DNA of 43,108 nt from a virus (Duplodnaviria; Caudoviricetes), in the IMG/VR virus record IMGVR_UViG_3300003965_000020, positions 1 to 43,108 of that record. One strand, given 5' to 3'. Shown one piece after another: positions 9,889 through 19,635 of this stretch (positions are counted from its first letter, which is position 1; each line of letters begins with the position of its first letter). A program made the translations under genes and the position numbers. The notes under the pieces are model-generated. The model made no database searches, was not told the origin of the DNA, and was given only the letters and a program-made list of their open reading frames with translations.

Positions 9889-10096
9889 CGTCTGCCTCCC
9901 GCGTCGCCGTCTCTCGCAGTTCGGCCTGCAGGATCACCGGTTCCACCAGCGCGTCGCCCGTGGCGCGCAAGGCGTTCGCCTCGATGCCCCCGTCGAGAAA
10001 CGCCTGCCAGTCGAGCCCATGGCGCCGGAACCACGGCCGCACGCCCGCGAGGCAGTAGCGCGCCGCACGCAGGTCCTGGATCGTCACGCGGGTCAC
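9878..10096 (-). CDS. Small conserved phage tail protein
   Basis: 'YCLAGVRPWFRRHGLDWQAFL..GI' type small protein; overlaps both neighbours. Confidence 0.65.
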   Translation of the reverse strand: MTRVTIQDLRAARYCLAGVRPWFRRHGLDWQAFLDGGIEANALRATGDALVEPVILQAELRETATREADDGR

Positions 10097-10341
10097 TTCT
10101 TGCCGCCTTTCTTCTTGATCGGATCGACCTTCAGGTCGCCTGCCCAGACGACATTCGGGCCGGTGATCAGCACCGTGCCGAAGACGACCGGGATCGGACG
10201 CCCTTCCTCGGCCGTGGGCAGCGTGAAATCGTCGAGCCCCGCCGCCTGGGGCTTTTCGACTTTGGGCCGCGGGCTCAGCGCATAGGAAATCGCCGAAAGC
10301 ACGAGCCCGAGGACGAGCCGTGCGATGAAGGTCCAGACCAT
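10093..10341 (-). CDS. Small tail assembly protein
   Basis: N-terminal hydrophobic segment and 'PTAEEGRPIPVVFGT' motif. Confidence 0.7.
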   Translation of the reverse strand: MVWTFIARLVLGLVLSAISYALSPRPKVEKPQAAGLDDFTLPTAEEGRPIPVVFGTVLITGPNVVWAGDLKVDPIKKKGGKK

Positions 10342-10350
10342 GTATGATGC

Positions 10351-11211
10351 TCAGACGATGGAACTGCCGCCGAACGGGTTGCGGCCGGGGATATCTGGGA
10401 AGCCGCCGAAGTTCGCGAGGTTGCCGAACTTGGCCGCACAGGTGGAAGCGCGCAGGTCGCAGCCGGGGGCGATGTCAGCGACGACGGGGAGTGGGGCGCC
10501 GGTCTCGGGGTCGACCTCGGGAGCGGCCAGCGCCGCCGCCAGTTCCGACATCGGGCGCGACAGTGTCAGGGTCGTTCCGACATGGCCGGTGATGAACCCA
10601 AGCTGGGCCCCGAACCTCAGCACGCCGCCGCGGAACCAGCCGTCGGATTGCCCTGCCGCTTCCGGAATGGTCAGGGCATTGCCCGAGACGGCCGTCACGG
10701 TGCCGGTCTGCCAGTGGAACCCGATGTCCAGACCACAACCACGGCCGTAGAGCGCATGGCGGCAAAGGCGCTGGTACTTCGCACGCACCCCCGCCCGGCG
10801 CAGGGTGCTGAAGACGGATTCACAGTTCAGAAGGATCCGGACGCCATCGACCTCGGCGCCCACTACGCGGCCTTTCCAATGGGCGACGGTCTCGCCCAGC
10901 ACCTGCTCATGGCCGCGAAAGATGGTCAGCGTCACGGGCGTGTTGCCCAAGGGCGCAAGGAACCGGCGTGCGAAAGGATGCGAGAGCGGCCATGTCAGTT
11001 CCAGCCGCCCGCGTTCGATCTCGCTCGTTTGCACCACATCGCCATGGGAAATGGCGGCTGCCTCCCAGGTGATTGCGTCGCCTTCGCTGGCCGCGCTGGT
11101 CCAGTCGGTTGCCCGGCTGGTGAAGCGCCAGACCTGATCGCCCTCGACAAACTGGTAGAGGTAATAGGGGCGGCCCTCGGCGGTCGAGGACTCGATGGTG
11201 GCGTAGGTCAT
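10351..11211 (-). CDS. Phage BR0599/DUF2163 family tail hub protein
   Basis: 'CRHALYGRGC' and 'GCD....C..KFGN..NFGGFP.IP..NPF' Cys motifs. Confidence 0.85.
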   Translation of the reverse strand: MTYATIESSTAEGRPYYLYQFVEGDQVWRFTSRATDWTSAASEGDAITWEAAAISHGDVVQTSEIERGRLELTWPLSHPFARRFLAPLGNTPVTLTIFRGHEQVLGETVAHWKGRVVGAEVDGVRILLNCESVFSTLRRAGVRAKYQRLCRHALYGRGCGLDIGFHWQTGTVTAVSGNALTIPEAAGQSDGWFRGGVLRFGAQLGFITGHVGTTLTLSRPMSELAAALAAPEVDPETGAPLPVVADIAPGCDLRASTCAAKFGNLANFGGFPDIPGRNPFGGSSIV

Positions 11212-12374
11212 TCCAGAACCTCCACGACCGGCAGGGTCACTTCACTGGCCACGGCGCCGTTCCGGATCTCCACGCGATCCGCATCCGATCGCACCAGCGT
11301 CAGGAAATGCACCTTCGTCCCGATGGCCACCGGCTCGCCGAGGCTCGAAGACAGCGTCAGCCGGTGATCCGCGCCGTCCGCCACAGCCGCGTTGACCGTC
11401 CGGAACCGGAACCCGCTCGGCATCTCGAGGAGGATGGCGCGCCCGACATAGGTCGCCAGTTCCGCAACGGGCACCACGCGCATCAGCGTGGATCCGGAAG
11501 TCATGGCCGCACGCAGCTGCAGCTCGCGCCCCCACGTTGGCAACCAGAAGCTGGCCTGGCGGCCGCGCAGCGACCAGAGCCAGCGGCGCAACGCCCAACG
11601 CTCCGCCGCGCCCTTTGCCTTGAGGGTGATCGCCTCGCCCCTCTCGAATAGATCCCGCAGCGGCTCGACCACGACCGGCCCGAAACCGTTGTCGACATAT
11701 TCGACGGCACGGCGCAGGCTGGCGGTGATCGGCGAACGGGTCAGGCTCGGGTCGGTCTGGACCGGGCGACCAAGATAGGTCGGCAGCACGGGCGCGGTCA
11801 GATCAGGGGCATCGCGCAGCAGGAAGGTGGCGGTGATCATGCCGTCATTCTGGCGGCGACGGGCGACCTCGACAGGCGCTGAAAGAATTCCTTCCCGCAC
11901 TGGCGCGACGGTGATGCGCGCAGCGGCCACGGATGGTGCGGGCAGCTGCGCACCCAGCGGTTCCACCAGGATCAGCCGATCCGCCTCGACACTGGCAAGA
12001 TCCGCCATCGCTGCGTCGCGCCCATCCACCGCGATGGCCACCGCGTCCCCCACCCGGAAATCTGCCGCGCTAGTGTCGACGGCAATCTCTGTCGCGCCGT
12101 GCGCAACATCCGCCGTCGGCTGGACCGCCATGTGCCAGAGCGGCACTCGCCATTCGGCTACAAACCACGCCCGCACCAGTTCTGCCGCCCGCGCCATGGC
12201 CAGCGCGTCGCCGCGATGCTGGAAGGTGACGATCTCCCGCGGGCGGGATCTGAGCGCGATGCGCTGTTCGCCCGCTTGGGACTGCAGCACATCCGTGCGC
12301 CATTCGAGCACCTCGGTGATCTCTTGCGCCGCCGGAAAGGGCCAGAGTGGCGGCCGGCCATCCGGCTCAGGCAT
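11208..12374 (-). CDS. Distal tail protein
   Basis: 'E.LEWRTDVL....GEQRIALR..PR' and 'LRGRQASFWLPTW'; directly follows the tape measure gene. Confidence 0.7.
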   Translation of the reverse strand: MPEPDGRPPLWPFPAAQEITEVLEWRTDVLQSQAGEQRIALRSRPREIVTFQHRGDALAMARAAELVRAWFVAEWRVPLWHMAVQPTADVAHGATEIAVDTSAADFRVGDAVAIAVDGRDAAMADLASVEADRLILVEPLGAQLPAPSVAAARITVAPVREGILSAPVEVARRRQNDGMITATFLLRDAPDLTAPVLPTYLGRPVQTDPSLTRSPITASLRRAVEYVDNGFGPVVVEPLRDLFERGEAITLKAKGAAERWALRRWLWSLRGRQASFWLPTWGRELQLRAAMTSGSTLMRVVPVAELATYVGRAILLEMPSGFRFRTVNAAVADGADHRLTLSSSLGEPVAIGTKVHFLTLVRSDADRVEIRNGAVASEVTLPVVEVLE

Positions 12375-14829
12375 TGATGGCACCCCGATTGCGGCGAATG
12401 ACGTTCAGGATGGCCCGCTCCCCCGACGGCGTGGCGAGATAGTCGCCGACGACGGAGGGGTCGAGCACGTTGATGATCCGCGTCGACATGGAGGATGCCG
12501 CACCTGCGCCGTCGCCGTTCATCTCGACGCCGAGCCTGCCGCCTTTTCCACGCCGCAGGGGCAGGATGGCTTCGGGCCCAGCCTCACCCATGAGCCCCAC
12601 ACCTTTGGCGAAGGGAAACACCGTTGGCCGGTTCACGACGCCACCCCGCGCGAAGGCCGTCAGTTCCGCGCCGCCCGCGAAGACCCCACCCTTGGCAAAG
12701 CCGAAGAGGTTGCCGAAGAACCCGCCGCCGCCCGAAAAGGCGTTGATCAGCGCGTTCTCGATCGGCTTGAAGGCGAGATCGATCAGCCGCGTGGCGAGGT
12801 TCTGTGCGATCCGCGAAATCGCCCCGGCAAAAGTCTCCCAGGTGAACTCGCCCGAGGTCAGAGCCTCCTTGATCGGGCCGGTGATGTCCTGTGCGAGGCC
12901 TTGCGCGGTCTCGCGCGACTTCTCCTGCGCCTTGCGCACCGCCTCGGCCGTGGCCTTCCATGCGTTCTTCGCGGCATCGGCCCCCTCGCGCAGCGCATTG
13001 CCTGCGCCGCGCCCCGAACTGCCCGCAGCTTCCGCAGCCTCGCCCGCTCCCTGCAGGGCGGTGCCAAGACCTGTCGCGGCCGTGCGCGCGTCCTCGAGCC
13101 CGTCGGCAGCCTCGGTGCCGGAGGCCGAGACGGCCTCTCGCAGGGCCGCGACAGACTGCAGGGGCGCAGTGGCGGCCGTCGCAACCTCACCCATCATGTC
13201 GCGCAGACGCGCCGCTTCGCCCCGCGCTGCCTCGGCCGCCGCCGTCAGTCCCAGATCGGGCGGCGCGATGGGATCGCTATTGAACGCTGCCTCGAAAGCC
13301 GCGCGTGCTTCTGCCCCGGCATTAGCCGCCGCCCCCGCGAAGGGGTTCTCGATCCCACCCAGCTCGATGGTCCCGATGAGGGGCACCCGTTTCTCGATGC
13401 CAAGCACATCGAGACCGGCATTGATCCCTTCCAGGAAGCCGTCGATGCGCGCGGCCACGCCGTTCAGCATGGCCTCGACCCCGCCGATCAGCGCATTGGC
13501 CGCGCCATAGGCGAACTCGCCGATGGTCGCAGGCAGGGCCGACCAGAGCACCTTCACCGCCTCCATCGCCCCCTGAAACGTGTTCAGCGTCGCGTTCCCG
13601 AAGCCCACCACCGCTTCGAGCCCGGTCTGTAAGGCGGCGGTGATGCCTGCGCTGATCTCGGCCCAGCCCGCCATGATCGAAAGACCCAGCGCCACCATGC
13701 CGAGCTTCATCCGGTCCCAGACCTCGCGGGCAAGATCAGACAGGAGGCCCAACGCGGCCCCGACACTGCCTGTGCCTTGCACCAGCCGACCGAACTGGAA
13801 GATCAACTCGCCCGCGCCGACGATCAGCGCCCCGATGCCGGTGCGGATCAGCGCGCCACGGAGGACGACAAGCGCCGTCGCAAGCCCCCGGACAGAGAGG
13901 GCGGCGGCGGCGAGCCCCGCCACCCAGCGCCCGGCCATGATGCCCACGAAGGCCGCGGCATAAGACGCCATGCGCCCCAGGTTCTCGCCCAGCGCATCAA
14001 GGGCGGTGCGCAGCGCGCCGCCCTCGGAAGCCAGCGTCACGAAGGCCTCGGCGAGCCAGGTCACGGCAGGCGCCACAGCGACTGCGATCTGGTTGCGGAT
14101 CCCGTCGAAAACCATGCCGAGACTGCCCAGTGCGATCTGGGTTTGGCGCAGGGAGGACAGCGCCTCACCATCGAGGATCGCACCAACCGAGCGGGCCTGA
14201 TCGCCGAAGCGGGTCATCTCGGCCCCGCCATCGCGCAGCAGCGGCAGAAGGCGTGTAGCATCCGAGGCCATGGCCTCGAGGTAGAAGGTCATCTCCTGCT
14301 GGCTGAGACCAGCCTTCTCGAGCGAGGTCACATAGAGCTGCAGGGCTTCCGGCCCTGAGAGGCGCGCGAATTCTTCGGCCGTGACACCCACGAGCGGGGC
14401 GATCTGTTCAAAGAAATCCTTCATCGGCCCGCCGCCGGTCTGCAGGAAATCCCCGACCCGGTCGTTCACGTCCTTCAGGATATCGGCAAGCTTCTCCTGC
14501 TCGACCCCGACCGTGCGGGCCCCTGCCGCCCAGCGCTGGAAGCTCTCGGGCGTGGCATTGGCCACTTGCGCGAACTGCCGGATCTGGTCGGCGCTCTGGG
14601 CAGCATTGCGAACGATGATGCCAAGCCCTGCCGTCGCGGCAGAGGCAGCAGCGGCCACGGCGATCCCGGCACGGCGCGCGAAGGCGGCAAGCCGTGTGTT
14701 CGCAGCTTCCATCTCGCGCGACAGGCGTCCGAAGCCGCGCGTCCCTGCCTCGCCGATCCCTTCCAGTTCGGCGCGCACCTGGCGGCCGCCCACGGCCGCG
14801 AGGCGGACAGAGACCCGTTTCTCAGCCAT
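12367..14829 (-). CDS. Tail tape measure protein
   Basis: 820 aa, Ala/Gly-rich helical; C-terminal 'FARGGVV..PT.F...GLMGEAGPEAILPL'. Confidence 0.9.
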   Translation of the reverse strand: MAEKRVSVRLAAVGGRQVRAELEGIGEAGTRGFGRLSREMEAANTRLAAFARRAGIAVAAAASAATAGLGIIVRNAAQSADQIRQFAQVANATPESFQRWAAGARTVGVEQEKLADILKDVNDRVGDFLQTGGGPMKDFFEQIAPLVGVTAEEFARLSGPEALQLYVTSLEKAGLSQQEMTFYLEAMASDATRLLPLLRDGGAEMTRFGDQARSVGAILDGEALSSLRQTQIALGSLGMVFDGIRNQIAVAVAPAVTWLAEAFVTLASEGGALRTALDALGENLGRMASYAAAFVGIMAGRWVAGLAAAALSVRGLATALVVLRGALIRTGIGALIVGAGELIFQFGRLVQGTGSVGAALGLLSDLAREVWDRMKLGMVALGLSIMAGWAEISAGITAALQTGLEAVVGFGNATLNTFQGAMEAVKVLWSALPATIGEFAYGAANALIGGVEAMLNGVAARIDGFLEGINAGLDVLGIEKRVPLIGTIELGGIENPFAGAAANAGAEARAAFEAAFNSDPIAPPDLGLTAAAEAARGEAARLRDMMGEVATAATAPLQSVAALREAVSASGTEAADGLEDARTAATGLGTALQGAGEAAEAAGSSGRGAGNALREGADAAKNAWKATAEAVRKAQEKSRETAQGLAQDITGPIKEALTSGEFTWETFAGAISRIAQNLATRLIDLAFKPIENALINAFSGGGGFFGNLFGFAKGGVFAGGAELTAFARGGVVNRPTVFPFAKGVGLMGEAGPEAILPLRRGKGGRLGVEMNGDGAGAASSMSTRIINVLDPSVVGDYLATPSGERAILNVIRRNRGAINA

Positions 14830-14845
14830 CGCGGCGACCTTCTCT

Positions 14846-15146
14846 CTATTCGTTCAACTTGCGCACCATCACGGCTTCGATCAGCGGCAGCAGTTCGACG
14901 ACGGCGCGCGGGGAAATGCCCATCGCGGATGCCATGGCCAGTGCCGCCGTCATGTCCCACCCGAGGACAGCGCCAGGGATGGCGCGGATCTGGCCGCCCA
15001 TGCGCTGCGCCAGATCCCAGACCTGCCAGCCCTCATGGCTCAGGGGGGGCGTTCAAGATTTGCGGGCAGTCCGGGCAGCGCCCTTCACAGGCTTGGCAGT
15101 ACCCTTCGCCCCCACCGAAGACCCAGTCGGCGAGGGCGTTGAGACG
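14846..15146 (-). pseudogene. Tail assembly chaperone extension (lambda gpT-like), apparently broken by an extra base in the G7 tract at 15043-15049
   Basis: The -1 frame reads 'RLNALADWVFGGGEGYCQAC...CPDCPQILNAP' then stops; with one base fewer it continues 'LSHEGWQVWDLAQRMGGQIR...RKLNE'. Confidence 0.55.
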
Positions 15147-15490
15147 TTTTTTTCCGCCTCGAGCTCCAGACCCTTTGCGACATAGGCGGTCTGGAACTTC
15201 TCGAAGATCGGCCAGAGATCGAGAAGCGCGTCGATGGCCTCGGGGCTGACCGGGATGGGAACCCCACCCGCATCGCCGACACCCTCCCAATCGACGATGG
15301 CGCGAGCGGCGATGGCCTTGGCAAAGGTCACCGCGATGCTGTCATCGGGCGTTCCGGGGGCGATGGTGCGCACGGCCGGATCGGTGCGGGCGGCGACCAT
15401 GATGGCCGTGGTGAGCGGCTCGACCTTGACGCGCACGCTCAGCGCAAGGTCGAGCCAGCAAGCCTCGCGGGAAAGGTTCAGGCGCAGCAT
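15053..15490 (-). CDS. Tail assembly chaperone (lambda gpG-like)
   Basis: Between tail tube and tape measure; 'IVDWEGVGD..G...P'; contains the GAA AAA AAC slippery site. Confidence 0.8.
   Translation of the reverse strand: MLRLNLSREACWLDLALSVRVKVEPLTTAIMVAARTDPAVRTIAPGTPDDSIAVTFAKAIAARAIVDWEGVGDAGGVPIPVSPEAIDALLDLWPIFEKFQTAYVAKGLELEAEKNVSTPSPTGSSVGAKGTAKPVKGAARTARKS
15146..15152 (-). other. Programmed -1 frameshift heptamer A AAA AAC
   Basis: X XXY YYZ heptamer in frame near the 3' end of the chaperone; the -1 frame is open downstream. Confidence 0.75.
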
Positions 15491-15492
15491 GA

Positions 15493-16437
15493 TCAGTATT
15501 CCTCGATGTCGTTGACGAGCGTGGCGGTGCACATCCGGCCCAGCGTGGCATCGCGCGCGGCCTGCCAGTCGAAGGTGGCCTGAATGCCTTGCGGCCCCGG
15601 GATCTCAATGCGGGGGCGCGGCAGATAGACAGCATGCGCCGTGAAGCTGAAACTCTCCCCCGAGGGCAGGCTGTAGGCGAAGGTCAGCGCGCAGGGATCG
15701 CCCGCGATGGCCTGGTTCACCAGAACCTGATCAGCGAAGCGGACCTCGATCTTGCCGGTCAGCGCGGCAATGGAGGGGTCCGCCCCGTCGATCCGGCCAT
15801 CCGAGCGGATCGTCTCCACCCGGTCGAGGTTGTTGGCATAGGCGATCTCGGCCGAGATGATGTTGCCCAGCGGCTGGCCGTTCCGCGTGATCGCCCCGTT
15901 GAAATGCCCGAAGCGCTGGAGGTCGAGGTCAGCCAGCGTGCCTGCGGCGGAGGTGCTGGCGATGGCTTCCCCTTGCGCCATGAGGCTTGCGGTCGCGGTG
16001 AGCAGGCCGGATCGCTGCATCTGCCAGTTGAGACTGTCGAGGACGCAGCCTGAGTACATCGCGTAACGGGGCACCTCCGGCATGCCGGTCTCGATGGACA
16101 TCGACGGAAGCGACCAGGCCCCGGAGCGGAACTCGTGCGTGAAGGGGCCCGGTGCGGCGCCGGTGGTCACAGGTGCCCCAAAGGCGGCCTTCAGCCAGAA
16201 GCCGAAGGCGGATGCGTCGATGGGGACGACGACATTGCCATCCGCCGTCACCGCATCCTTGATCGGCGCCAGCGGGTCACGGCCATAGCCCAGCAGTTCG
16301 CTGTTCAGGAGCGGCTGTTCCGACCCCAATGTGGTGCTGGCGAACGGCATCTTTGTGAAGCCGCCCGCGGGCGGGGTGCCATAGTTGGTCTCGAACGCAA
16401 GCGCCATCTGCGCCCGCGCGCCTTGCGCACGTGCCAT
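15493..16437 (-). CDS. Phage tail tube protein
   Basis: 'MARAQGARAQMALAFE..YGT.P' N-terminus; position in the tail operon. Confidence 0.85.
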   Translation of the reverse strand: MARAQGARAQMALAFETNYGTPPAGGFTKMPFASTTLGSEQPLLNSELLGYGRDPLAPIKDAVTADGNVVVPIDASAFGFWLKAAFGAPVTTGAAPGPFTHEFRSGAWSLPSMSIETGMPEVPRYAMYSGCVLDSLNWQMQRSGLLTATASLMAQGEAIASTSAAGTLADLDLQRFGHFNGAITRNGQPLGNIISAEIAYANNLDRVETIRSDGRIDGADPSIAALTGKIEVRFADQVLVNQAIAGDPCALTFAYSLPSGESFSFTAHAVYLPRPRIEIPGPQGIQATFDWQAARDATLGRMCTATLVNDIEEY

Positions 16438-16461
16438 GGGGGTCTCCTTGATTTGCGGGTG

Positions 16462-16884
16462 TCAGGCCAGGGGGCCGGTGGTGGTGTAGTGCAAGACGAC
16501 GGTGATCAGCGCCGCCTTCAGCGCTGCTGCGCCCTCGACGGGCAGATCGATGGATGACGTGGCTTCGGGTTCAACCCAGTCGCAGAGGCCGCCCAGTGTC
16601 CGGTCAGCATCCAGCGTTGTGCCGATGGCTGCTATCAGGTCGTCAAAGGCGCTGGCCCGGTCCGTGCCCGCCTGGACGACGACCTCCAACTCGGCCCGGT
16701 GCTGGTAGTGATAGCGCAGCGGCGACAGCGTCACTTCCGGCTCGCCCGGCTGGCCGTCGCGCAGGATGATCAGCCCGGCTGCGGGGATCCTCTCGGGCAG
16801 CACCTCGTCACGCAGGGTTAGGGCGGCAAGCGGCTGCAACCGCGCGTGCAGCGCGTCGAGGACGCGTTCGCGGGTGGTGGGCAT
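16462..16884 (-). CDS. Putative tail terminator/completion protein
   Basis: 'MPTTRE...LIILRDG.PGEPEVTLSP...DRTLGGLCDWVE'; immediately upstream of the tail tube gene. Confidence 0.7.
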   Translation of the reverse strand: MPTTRERVLDALHARLQPLAALTLRDEVLPERIPAAGLIILRDGQPGEPEVTLSPLRYHYQHRAELEVVVQAGTDRASAFDDLIAAIGTTLDADRTLGGLCDWVEPEATSSIDLPVEGAAALKAALITVVLHYTTTGPLA

Positions 16885-16963
16885 GAGCTGCGGTTTTGAA
16901 CTTGATAGTTCTCGAATATGTCGCTTGGGCAAACTCAACAGGAAAACACTCTAGTTCCGGCGA

Positions 16964-17530
16964 TCAGTCTGCATAACCCAGCCTAGCGCCAGACAGCGAC
17001 TTTCCGACAAGAAAACTATGGAACTCTGATGCTTTGACATCCAAGGGCAGTTTAAATCTCCCGCCAAGAGGGTGATCATCATCTTTCAGGTACTCAATTC
17101 CTGGTAATAGCTTTCGGATTAGCGCTATTGCGCTGCCCTTTTTTCCAGAGGCATTCACGGTACGCATAAGCTGGTCCCAATCGCGATGCGTCACCACCCG
17201 TTGAGTAAGTGAAAGTATGCTTTTGATTTCGGCGTCGATGGCTATTTCTTGCTCGCGCTCTTTGATAAGAACTGAAATCACTTCATAACCAAGCTTCGTT
17301 GGGACCCACCCGTCATCTTTTGGCTTTGCTAATCCTTTATCTTGAAGTCGACGCCTTATTGGGCCCTGTTGGCCATAGCCATGAGATGAACCATGCAGAT
17401 ACGGAAAAAGATCCATCAAGCTTTCGCATTGGGGGCGGGTGAGCGAATATCGTAGCGAACTGGCCAAAGGGCTCGGCACAGGAAGCTTCCGTATCGCCTT
17501 GTCGCGAAGTTGTTCAATAGGTGATTTCAT
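16964..17530 (-). CDS. Hypothetical moron protein, possible winged-helix segment
   Basis: Lower-GC 188-aa ORF; 'RRRLQDKGLA...WVPTKLGYEV' resembles a wHTH wing. Confidence 0.55.
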   Translation of the reverse strand: MKSPIEQLRDKAIRKLPVPSPLASSLRYSLTRPQCESLMDLFPYLHGSSHGYGQQGPIRRRLQDKGLAKPKDDGWVPTKLGYEVISVLIKEREQEIAIDAEIKSILSLTQRVVTHRDWDQLMRTVNASGKKGSAIALIRKLLPGIEYLKDDDHPLGGRFKLPLDVKASEFHSFLVGKSLSGARLGYAD

Positions 17531-17767
17531 TTTCAGCCCGTGTCGTAGTTTGCGGTGCGAGAGAAAATTTTGTATCGTCGAAGAAACTTATTGCGGCCTT
17601 TTAAAATGTAAACTTTGTGACTCGACGCTAGCTTCGTGTTGATGCGTGCCTGGCAGCAATCAAGAGGCTTTGTCACGATTAGTGCGGCTCGCACAGAACC
17701 TTGTACAATACCAACAAGTCCGGCATGCCAGAAATAGAGCCACCCAGCACTGGCCTTTGACGCTTGC

Positions 17768-18280
17768 TCACCCAACCAATTCATAACGATAAGAATCATG
17801 GTCGATCACCAAATCAACTCCATCCCAGACGGCTTCTGCGCTCTCAGCAGCAGAGACAGTGTACCAGAACTTGCTGGCAACCAGGTCTTCAATCAAGTCA
17901 CGAATGAAAAATCTCTCTCCAATCGCTGCATCGGACGGGATAATATAAGCAGCCCAATCACTATCGCGGCGAACTGAGCGCGCGTACCCTTCAACATCTT
18001 GAATGAGTTCCCAGTCTTCCTCAGTGTATGATTTCTTTCCGCGACCATACTGCTGAAAAACTTCGCGGCTTGGCGTTACTATGTATTCGCCATCCTTCCG
18101 ATTTCGCAAAAGGAGCGCAAAAGTTTGTAGCTCTGGATTTTTCATCAATTTTCTTAATTTGCATATCGCGCCAGCACGATGTGCGCTATTCAGCTGGCCG
18201 ATATCAAAAACAGTAACTATTTCTCGTAGTTCGTTCTTGTTCTTGAGGCGGTCTGTTTCGCACGAAAATGCATTAAACAT
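17768..18280 (-). CDS. Hypothetical moron protein
   Basis: Lower-GC 170-aa ORF overlapping the upstream gene by 8 nt. Confidence 0.6.
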   Translation of the reverse strand: MFNAFSCETDRLKNKNELREIVTVFDIGQLNSAHRAGAICKLRKLMKNPELQTFALLLRNRKDGEYIVTPSREVFQQYGRGKKSYTEEDWELIQDVEGYARSVRRDSDWAAYIIPSDAAIGERFFIRDLIEDLVASKFWYTVSAAESAEAVWDGVDLVIDHDSYRYELVG

Positions 18281-18536
18281 CTTGAACTCCCGAAAATAGC
18301 GGGTTCATTCGGTTTATATACACGCATGTATCGGGATTCTCTCGTAGGATGGCGATAAGTTCGTCCTCTTCCAGAATGTCAGTGTTGACTATCGATCTTT
18401 CGCAATGCCCGCAGAGGAAATGATCATCATTTCTCTTCTGTAGCTTGGATCCCTTGACCTGCTTTGGGCATGACAGCGTCTTCAGCTTTGTTCCGTCACT
18501 TGCGTATAAGGTTTCGTTGAGTATTCGTATTGGCAT
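18273..18536 (-). CDS. Small Cys-containing (possible Zn-binding) moron protein
   Basis: C-x18-CxxC...C pattern; strong GAGGAGGT RBS just upstream. Confidence 0.65.
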   Translation of the reverse strand: MPIRILNETLYASDGTKLKTLSCPKQVKGSKLQKRNDDHFLCGHCERSIVNTDILEEDELIAILRENPDTCVYINRMNPLFSGVQDV

Positions 18537-18691
18537 CTCACCTCCTCAATAGCGAATTCCCATGTTTGTCAGGTGGGCTGACGTTTCTACCGTGCACGTT
18601 GTTTGAGTGAGTGTTGCTGGGTCATACTCGTGAAGCAAGTGATTTGCACATCGAGGTCACGCTAAAGGTTCGCTGTGGACCTTCAAAGCAT

Positions 18692-19312
18692 TCAATCCAC
18701 CCACCCCGCCACGATCCGCACCGGCACGCCGTCGATGGCCCGTTCCGCATCCCGAGCCAGATCGAGCCGCTTCCGCAGCTTGATTTGCGGAACCAGCAGG
18801 AAGATTGGCACGGTGGTCAGCCCGCGGCCGGTCTTCGCGCGAGATGCCACCGCCCGTCCCATGCTGTTCAACCGCCCCTCTGCCACCAGTAGGCTGGGCC
18901 CCCGGCGGCGATAGATGAAGCGCAGTCGCAGGCCCGTTCGGCGTTCCCATTCGCTGGGGGTGATACGGCCGCCTTTCGTGCTTTTCCCCGCCGCCTGGGT
19001 TGGGATGGCCAGCCAGAAGCCGTTGCGCGACCGGATCAGCGGCCCGGCGTCATGCGCGCCGACGATCACTGGGGCATTTGACCAGACCAGCGCCGCAGCA
19101 TTCAGGCTTTCGCTGCCGTTGGGATAGGTGGCGAGCCGGATCGAGTTGCCAAGCCTGGTGCCCATCCTCGCGCCGGTGATCTGGCCGCGCCAAGCGGATT
19201 TCAGGCCCGTGCCCGCCTCGCGCATCGCGGTGGTGACCGCCTTCTCGCCCGCGGCGATTTCCGCCTGCATCAGGGCGGCAAGGTCGGGGTCGATGGTGAG
19301 TTTCAGTTTCAT
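18692..19312 (-). CDS. Phage neck/tail completion protein (DUF6441-like)
   Basis: 'AMREAGTGLK..WR.QI..A..G.RL', 'WLAIPT', 'FLLVPQ.KLRKRLDL'. Confidence 0.75.
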   Translation of the reverse strand: MKLKLTIDPDLAALMQAEIAAGEKAVTTAMREAGTGLKSAWRGQITGARMGTRLGNSIRLATYPNGSESLNAAALVWSNAPVIVGAHDAGPLIRSRNGFWLAIPTQAAGKSTKGGRITPSEWERRTGLRLRFIYRRRGPSLLVAEGRLNSMGRAVASRAKTGRGLTTVPIFLLVPQIKLRKRLDLARDAERAIDGVPVRIVAGWVD

Positions 19313-19623
19313 GCTGGCTTCAGGTCCAGCGTCCAGATCAGCCGTTCGCGGTCGCGCAGCGGTTCCCCCTGGATGACATGGCTGTCCGCACCGATGACGA
19401 TCACGTCGCCCGGGCGCGGGGCGGGCAGGTCTGCCACGCGCACATCCACCACCGTCGTGTCGCTGACGAACCTGCCCGCACCGAAGTCGGTGACCCGATC
19501 CGGGGCGCGGCGGATGATGCGGATCGGGCGTTCCTCGGAGGTGGTGGCCGAGATCCAGAGGGCGGGTGCCGCCATGGAGGCATGGGTGAAGATGCGGTCC
19601 ATGGCGGCGGAAAAGACGGACAC
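19309..19623 (-). CDS. Head-tail joining protein (FII-like)
   Basis: Follows the capsid gene; 'P.PGD......IQGEP.RDRERLIWTLD'. Confidence 0.75.
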   Translation of the reverse strand: MSVFSAAMDRIFTHASMAAPALWISATTSEERPIRIIRRAPDRVTDFGAGRFVSDTTVVDVRVADLPAPRPGDVIVIGADSHVIQGEPLRDRERLIWTLDLKPA

Positions 19624-19635
19624 GGGGTGCGTCCG

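Noticed and set aside
11827-13632. Long plus-strand ORFs opposite structural genes (also 21014-22486, 24426-25577, 7723-8808)
   Set aside because: Antisense shadows of high-GC coding sequence; Arg/Gly/Pro-rich with no motifs
16462-16884. Metabolic 'acyl-CoA transferase' label often attached to this family
   Set aside because: Too short, no enzyme motifs, and its position fits a tail terminator
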